Part shown: piece by piece, positions 58,551 to 64,000 of the stretch
Layout: each line of letters opens with the position of its first letter
Position numbering within the stretch: the first letter of the stretch is position 1
Origin: Azolla caroliniana
Taxonomy: Eukaryota; Plantae; Polypodiophyta
Direction of reading: 5' to 3'
Assembly (NCBI GenBank): GCA_043228905.1
Contig: JBHGNT010000008.1
Coordinates: 20,770,001 to 20,834,000, forward strand
Length of the DNA stretch: 64,000 nt
Notes under the pieces: generated by a model
What the model saw: the letters and a program-made list of their open reading frames with translations, nothing else
Databases searched by the model: none
Told to the model about the DNA's origin: nothing
Program-made: the position numbers and the translations under genes

Positions 58551-59317
58551 TTTTCGAGTACAAAGGTAAGTTTATATAGGTTTGTGGTAAGGGGGGTGTA
58601 AGATGAGTGGTGGACAAGAGTGATAAATGTGAAAAGAAGTGAGGAGTATGGGAGGGAGTGGTGTAACACGGTGATAAGGGGGCAAGATATGATTTTGTAA
58701 AGGGAGGGAGTGGGTATCATGAGTTTGATAGAGATAAGTGGGTAACTAGAGGGTATAATAATGGTGATAAGTGGGTGACCGGAGGGTATGATAAGTGAGG
58801 GGAGGGGTGTGTATATGTGTGTGATGGTGGCTAGTACGAGGTAAAGATGTGGGTGAAAAACGAGGGGAATACGAATTTAATAGTTATGGGGAATGAGGAG
58901 AGAGAGAGAGAGATAGAGAGAGAAATTTAACTAATGAGAAGAGAGTGTGAAAAAAGGTGAGAAAAGAGAGAGGGAGAGAGAGAGAGAGAGAAAAGAAAAA
59001 AAAAGAAAGAAAGAAAGAAGAGAGACGTAGAGAAAAGAAAAGGTAGAGAGGGAGAAAAAAGAGGTGAGTTTTAGAGTGTAGAGAGGGAGAAAAGTAAAGG
59101 TAGAGAGAGAGAAAAAAGAAATGATTTAGAGAGGGAGAAAGGTAAAGGTAGAGAGAGAAAGAGAAGGGGAGGGAAGGAGGAGATAGAGATAGAGAAAGGG
59201 AAAGTTAAGAGAGAAGAGATGTGAAGGTAGAGAGGGAGAAGATAGGGGGAGATCCTCACGTGGTAAATATAGGGAGATAAAACTTGTGGTTTAAAAAAAT
59301 AAAAATATGGAGAGGAG

Positions 59318-61171
59318 TTAGTGTGGATCTATAGTAATGTTTTTTGTGTTGACTAGTGAAGAGTGTAGATTTTTAGATTTAGTCCAACAAATTATTGGTT
59401 TGGGGATGTGTTGTAGTAGAGGGTCTTCTTGGAGGTTTAAGTGTAGGCTAGTAAGGGTTTCTTTTATTCCTAGATTAGGGGCTTGGTGTGTGAATTTTAG
59501 TTTAAAGATTATGGGTGTGGGGGTTTGGTTAATGGTTTTGTTTGAGAGGAGAGTTGGTCTAAGGGAATAGGGGTGTTTTTTGAATATATTGAGGATAAAG
59601 TGTGTAGGGTATCCTCGTGCTCGTAGTCTCTTAAAAAATAGTTGTTGCATTTTTAAATAACCTTGGGCTGTACTTTCTCTAATAATGTATCTTTTAAGTT
59701 CGTTCGAGAGGAAGCTTTTTTTGACGTGGATAGGATGTGTCGAGGTGAAGGGTATGTATTGGTAAGTATTAAGTTCTTTTTGAAAACAATTAAAGTTGAA
59801 ATTATTATTAGCGAGGTTTATCCAAAGGTCGAGAAAAGGAAGTTTAGTGAGAGAGGTTTGGATGGTCAGTTTAATGGAGTTTTGAGTGGTAATACTATAG
59901 AAATTTAGGTAGTCTAAGAGTTGTGTTTTCGTACCGGTCCATACACCAAAGGCATCGTCAATATATCTCGTGAAATAAAATAAATGGGGAGATGGGTTGG
60001 AATTCTCGAGGTATGACAAAAAAAGGCAAGCATATACTACGGAAAAATTGCTTCCCATGGCTGTGCCTTTAATTTGTTGATAGATTTGGTTATTAAATTT
60101 AAGGAAGTGATATTCTAAGGTTAAGGCGCTGAGAGTATAGATGAGGTTGGCTTTTTGTTTTGAGAAATGGGGGTTAATTAGGTGTTTTAGGGCAAGTAGT
60201 CCTAGTTTTGGTGGAATACTCGGGTAGAGGGATTCTACGTCAAATGAAAAGATGAAGCTATTGGGTGGTGTCGTAAGGTTTTCTAGGGATTGTACTAAGG
60301 AGAATGAGTCTCTAAGGTATTGTTTTTGTTGTAGGAGTATGGGGAGGAGTTGGTGGTGTAGCCACTTAGAAGTTTGTTCAAATAACGAACCGTTGTAAGA
60401 ACAAATAGGCCTATAGCCAATGGGTTCTTTGTGTACTTTGGGTAGGAAGTACATGGTGGGGACTCGGTATTCGTTGGATGGTTTGTGTAAGATGAATTTT
60501 ATTTCTATGAGGGAGAGGGTTCCTAGGTGTTGATTCATTAAGGTTTTTAATCTATGTAGGAGTTCTTCTAAGGGGAAGGTATCTACGGGTTTGTAAGTGG
60601 ATGTATCGGATAGGTGAGCTAGGGCTTTATCTAGGTATGTTTGTTTGTTTAAGACACAAACACCTACATTTTTGTCTGCGGGGAGGATGATAATGTGTTT
60701 ATTGCTTTTAAGGCTTTTTAAGGCTTGTAGTAGGTGTAGTGGAATGTGTTTAGTGGGTAGGTTTGTATTATGGAGTTTTATGGTGAGGAGATTAAGGTGT
60801 TTATGAAGTATGTCTTCTAACGGTGGGTATTGTGTAGGGGGGTTCCAAGAGGGGTTGGGTAGTTTAAAGGGGTTGTGTGGGGCGGAGGAGTCGTCTTGAA
60901 AGAAATGTCTAAGTCTAAGGGATCTACTAAGGTTATGGAATTCTTGAAGAATAGAAGTGGAGGTGGGGGGGGGGGAGGGAGGTATAAACTTAAGACCTAG
61001 GTTAAGGAGTTTAATTTCTGACTTGCTAAGGGTATGTGTAGAAAGGTTGTGGATTTTACTACTATGAGGGGGACTAAAGGGTTGTAAGGGGTTTCCAAAA
61101 TTTATATCTAAGTTTCTTTTTACGTGTTTTTTTTGTATGTGGTCTAAAGGGGATTCTATGTGACATGTTAC
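59318..61171 (-). CDS. Penelope-like reverse transcriptase, no endonuclease; the stop-to-stop frame (~617 codons) extends well upstream of the listed 406-aa ORF
   Basis: My manual translation upstream of 60538 stays open and gives the PLE N-terminal motifs NLSTHTLSKSEIKLLNLGLKF and IIILPADKNVG...YLDKALAHLSD. The core has YFLPKVHK..GYRPI, SFDVESLYPSI, QIKGTAMGS, RYIDD, LPFLDL and thumb S.HP...RLRARGYP. It ends at PKPIICWTKSKNL..LV with no GIY-YIG. Confidence 0.9.
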   Translation of the reverse strand, partial: VTCHIESPLDHIQKKHVKRNLDINFGNPLQPFSPPHSSKIHNLSTHTLSKSEIKLLNLGLKFIPPSPPPTSTSILQEFHNLSRSLRLRHFFQDDSSAPHNPFKLPNPSWNPPTQYPPLEDILHKHLNLLTIKLHNTNLPTKHIPLHLLQALKSLKSNKHIIILPADKNVGVCVLNKQTYLDKALAHLSDTSTYKPVDTFPLEELLHRLKTLMNQHLGTLSLIEIKFILHKPSNEYRVPTMYFLPKVHKEPIGYRPICSYNGSLFEQTSKWLHHQLLPILLQQKQYLRDSFSLVQSLENLTTPPNSFIFSFDVESLYPSIPPKLGLLALKHLINPHFSKQKANLIYTLSALTLEYHFLKFNNQIYQQIKGTAMGSNFSVVYACLFLSYLENSNPSPHLFYFTRYIDDAFGVWTGTKTQLLDYLNFYSITTQNSIKLTIQTSLTKLPFLDLWINLANNNFNFNCFQKELNTYQYIPFTSTHPIHVKKSFLSNELKRYIIRESTAQGYLKMQQLFFKRLRARGYPTHFILNIFKKHPYSLRPTLLSNKTINQTPTPIIFKLKFTHQAPNLGIKETLTSLHLNLQEDPLLQHIPKPIICWTKSKNLHSSLVNTKNITIDPH

Positions 61172-61240
61172 CTAGCCAATTAGAGGAATCTAGGGGGGTA
61201 GAGTTACCATTAACAAAATACCACACACGTTTAGTTGGGT

Positions 61241-61298
61241 GTACGGCGTGTCTAAAACGTCGGTTTGATCTTTTAGCACGCCGTACTAAACGTTTTTT
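61241..61298 (-). promoter_or_regulatory. Candidate -1 programmed ribosomal frameshift signal between PLE ORF1 and RT
   Basis: In-frame heptamer A_AAA_AAC (61298-61292), 5-nt spacer, then a 16-bp stem GTACGGCGTG-CTAAAA / TTTTAG-a-CACGCCGTAC (61286-61241) overlapping the ORF1 stop. Confidence 0.65.
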
Positions 61299-62365
61299 GG
61301 CCGGTGGAGGTTGTGAGTGGTGGGAAGTGTGATGTGAGAAGAATACATAAGGGATTTAGGGTGACTAGTTGAGGGGTGGATACAACTTGTGGATGGTTTG
61401 GTAGAGGTGGTGTAGGGAGGATGTTGGGTATGGGTTGATTGGGTGTAGTGGTTAGGGATGTAGGGGTTAAGAGAGGTGTATGAGGGGTTGGGGAAGGCTA
61501 AGGGTATTTGGGAAAATAGGGGAGGGTTTATGTTGTGATTGTGGGTAGTTTCTTTAAACCAAGGGGGGCTTAGTGTGTGTGAATAGTTGTGAGAGGGGGG
61601 GGTAGGAAAGGTATTTCTAGAATTATTAGGAGGAGTATAAAAAGAAAACGAAAGAGAAGGAGAGTTAGGGGTAGTGTGAGCGTTAGGATTTACACAGTGG
61701 GTATGGGTAGGAGGGTAAGGATGAGTATTGTTTTGGGGTTGAAGGTCTTCGGGGGAGGGATACAAGGGGGGAGCGATGAAGCTGAATGGGGTGTGTTGGG
61801 GCTGGTGGGGAATCTGATGATAGGTATCTCGCGAATGGTGGAGTGGTGTGTCCTCCTCAAGTGGCGGCTGGAGCTGATAATTGGTGGTGGTTATGTTATT
61901 AATTGCCGTCTCGTATGTTGTCCGAGAGGGAGGTTGATGTTGGAGAGGGTGAGAAAACGGCGGGGGTCGAGGCGTCGGCAGAAGAGGCTGCTGTAATTTG
62001 CAGGGCTGGTCGCATGGTGGCGGCGGCGGCGGCGGCGGCGATGGCGGCTGCGGCTGAAGATCATTGTTGGGTTGGCGTTGATTTATATGTTGATGTTGAT
62101 GCTGATATGAGTGCATTTGGTGTTCTCTTTCCGTCATATATCTCCAGGGCTCGTGGTGTTGCGGTTGCGGAGGCGGCGGCGGCTGAAAACCATTGTTACG
62201 TTGGCCTCGGTTTTGATGCCGGTAAAGGTATACTTGTTGTTTGTTTTCAGGAGGAAATGGAGAGGAGAAGCTATGGATAGTGTTTGCTTTGGGCTGAAAT
62301 GGGGCGGAAGGTATATGGCGGAGTTGCATTCGTTGGAGAAGTTCGGGTTCGTTGAAACCAATAAA
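61286..62365 (-). CDS. PLE ORF1 C-terminal part (Pro/Gln/His/Thr-rich, low complexity), fused in frame to the Copia D integrase by the insertion
   Basis: The last ~360 aa of the 900-aa ORF 61286-63988 have no Copia similarity and share the PLE's G-poor composition. Confidence 0.7.
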   Translation of the reverse strand, partial: FIGFNEPELLQRMQLRHIPSAPFQPKANTIHSFSSPFPPENKQQVYLYRHQNRGQRNNGFQPPPPPQPQHHEPWRYMTEREHQMHSYQHQHQHINQRQPNNDLQPQPPSPPPPPPPPCDQPCKLQQPLLPTPRPPPFSHPLQHQPPSRTTYETAINNITTTNYQLQPPLEEDTPLHHSRDTYHQIPHQPQHTPFSFIAPPLYPSPEDLQPQNNTHPYPPTHTHCVNPNAHTTPNSPSLSFSFYTPPNNSRNTFPTPPSHNYSHTLSPPWFKETTHNHNINPPLFSQIPLAFPNPSYTSLNPYIPNHYTQSTHTQHPPYTTSTKPSTSCIHPSTSHPKSLMYSSHITLPTTHNLHRPKNV

Positions 62366-64000
62366 TCGGTGTAATCTCACATTAGCCGATGTCGAGGCCT
62401 TCTCAATCGACGCGGTCTTCACCTTTAAAGACCCGTCACCGGTTCCCTCAGAGTCGGACTCGCGTCGGTCTGACTCGTTCCTTTCCGTGCCGGAATCCGA
62501 CACCTTCTTCTTCCCTTTCTCTTTGCGCGTAAGCCGTCTCCTCGGCTTCCTATGCGGGGAATGCACGACCGAGTCTCCACTACTCGCCGGCTCTTCATCG
62601 GACTGGTCGTACCGACTTAGTCGTCCAATCGGTCCACTTAACCGGAGTGAAATCGGACTCTCTTCGCGGGTCTTGATTTTGGTCTCATCCAGAGGCATCT
62701 CGGCCTCGCTGACCTCATCGTCAGAACTCATAATGGAGTCGGGGTTCCGAGGCGAGGGCAGGTACCAGGACACGGACTTGTCAAACACAACGTCGCGGCT
62801 GACACGCGCTTGTTTGGTGCGTGGGTTATAGCACTTATAACCCTTCTGCTCGTCCGAGTAACCGACCAAGATGCACTTCTCGGCCTTTGCGTCCAGCTTC
62901 CTCCTTTTCTCCTTCGGTACATGCACATACACAATGCTACCGAACACCCTCAAGTGTCGCAAGTTCGGCTTCGTTCCGAAATATAGCTCGTGCGCCGACA
63001 CTTTGTCTCCGCTCCGGTTCTGGATGTATACCGCGGTCCTTACTGCCTCGGCCCAGTAGAACTTGGGCAAGCTCTTCTCCTCCAGCATTGCCCGTGCCGC
63101 TTCCACAATCGATCGATTCTTCCTCTCGGCCACGCCGTTCTGCTCTGGCGTGTATCTACAACTGAATTCGCGCCGAATTCCCATTTGTTGTAGATAACCG
63201 TTGAATTGGCCGGAAAAGTACTCTTTCCCGCCATCCGACCGCAGGCACTTGATCTTTCGTCCCGTTTCGGTTTCCACGAACTCCTTGAGGTCCCGGAAAT
63301 AGTCGAAGACTTCGCTCTTCCTCTCAATGAGGTAGATCCACGTGTGCCGTGTGTGGTCGTCGATGAAGGAGATGAAATATCGGCTCCCGCCAAGACTAAC
63401 GTTTTGTGCCGGTCCCCACACATCAGAGTGTATAAGGTCGAGCTTGTTCCGGCTCCGGTTTCGCTCGTTCGGGAAAGGAAGTCGGTGTTGCTTCCCGAGC
63501 TGGCAGGCTTCACAAATTTGTGCCTTTCGGCCACTAAACTTGGGCAATCCGAACACTACCTGTTTCGATTGCAGATCTTGAAGCCGCTGGTAGTTGACGT
63601 GGCCTATCCGCTTGTGCCACAAGTCGATGTCCGACTCGGCTTTTTGTCCCTTCGCGAACATTGCGGTGCCACCATCAGTGGAATCGAGGATGAACATCCT
63701 CCCGTCTCTGCGCCCTTGCGCAATCACACGACCTTCTTCCTCAATGAAGCACCCGAGGTGTGTAAACCGAACCTCCATCACTTGGTCGACGATCTGTCCG
63801 ACCGAGACCAAGTTCTTCGTGATTGTCGGAACGTGCAACATGTTCTTGAGTTTCCCTTTCTGCCTGACATGGCTAAGGGGAACTTCTCCGACATTCGCGA
63901 TCAGATGCGGAGTGTCGTCTCCTGTTGAGACTACTCCCGGTTGTATCGGTTTTTCAAGGTACGAGAACCACTCCTTATGGCTCGTCATGTGGTTTTACGC
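62366..64000 (-). CDS. Copia D protease C-terminus, integrase and acidic linker
   Basis: WHKRIGH/CEAC, HSDVWGP, RSDGGKEY, PEQNGVAERKNR, YWAEA, KCILVGY. Confidence 0.92.

Larger units (their letters stand above)
57818..62365 (-). mobile_element. Endonuclease-deficient Penelope-like retroelement (5'-truncated)
   Basis: Copia D homology stops at ...NVRLHR (62366) and resumes at NHVLRFGYNEY (~57815). The insert has a PLE-type RT without GIY-YIG, an upstream ORF1, a hammerhead, telomere-like repeats and extreme G-poor sense-strand composition. Confidence 0.88.
55207..64000 (-). mobile_element. Ty1/Copia element D (5' part outside the window), interrupted by a Penelope-like element
   Basis: 3' LTR 55207-55619, PPT 55620-55628. 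RNaseH plus extension 55514-56760, RT 56759-57810, protease/integrase 62365-64000. A few TGG/CAG->TAG stops (56759, ~57644). Confidence 0.92.

Noticed and set aside
59318-60538. RT as telomerase, group II intron maturase or bacterial retron/DGR RT
   Set aside because: Motifs (LGLKF, ADKN, LPKVHK, GTAMGS, YIDD, S.HP thumb) match Penelope-like elements. No TERT T motif, maturase X domain or retron VTG signature seen.
61286-63988. 900-aa ORF as a native Copia protein with an env-like or novel C-terminal domain
   Set aside because: Copia homology resumes at ~57815, so the proline-rich half belongs to the inserted PLE.

Overview
Eukaryotic, repeat-rich land-plant DNA. A non-seed plant such as a fern is inferred from Tcn1-like self-priming chromoviruses, an endonuclease-less Penelope-like element and plant tau GSTs. 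The only host genes I can support are two tandem, minus-strand, two-exon tau-class glutathione S-transferases (9580-10365 and 50833-51621). About 40 kb of nested LTR retrotransposons separates them: three Gypsy/chromovirus copies, four Copia copies and several solo LTRs. The window also holds an hAT MITE, a LINE endonuclease remnant, microsatellites, and a fifth Copia running off the right end. The most interesting object is a ~4.5 kb endonuclease-deficient Penelope-like retroelement (PLE) inserted in that last Copia (~57818-62365, minus strand). It has a Pro/Gln/His-rich ORF1, an A_AAA_AAC slippery site plus a 16-bp hairpin in front of a ~617-codon RT frame with no GIY-YIG domain, a minimal type I hammerhead ribozyme, and degenerate telomeric repeats at its 3' end. 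A second, non-coding C-rich insert (~32405-33792) carries a covarying copy of the same hammerhead. The Gypsy family shows a self-priming PBS, a conserved G_UUA_AAC + hairpin frameshift signal, and an antisense tRNA-like A/B-box module inside its LTR. All coordinates were read by eye and may be off by a few bases.
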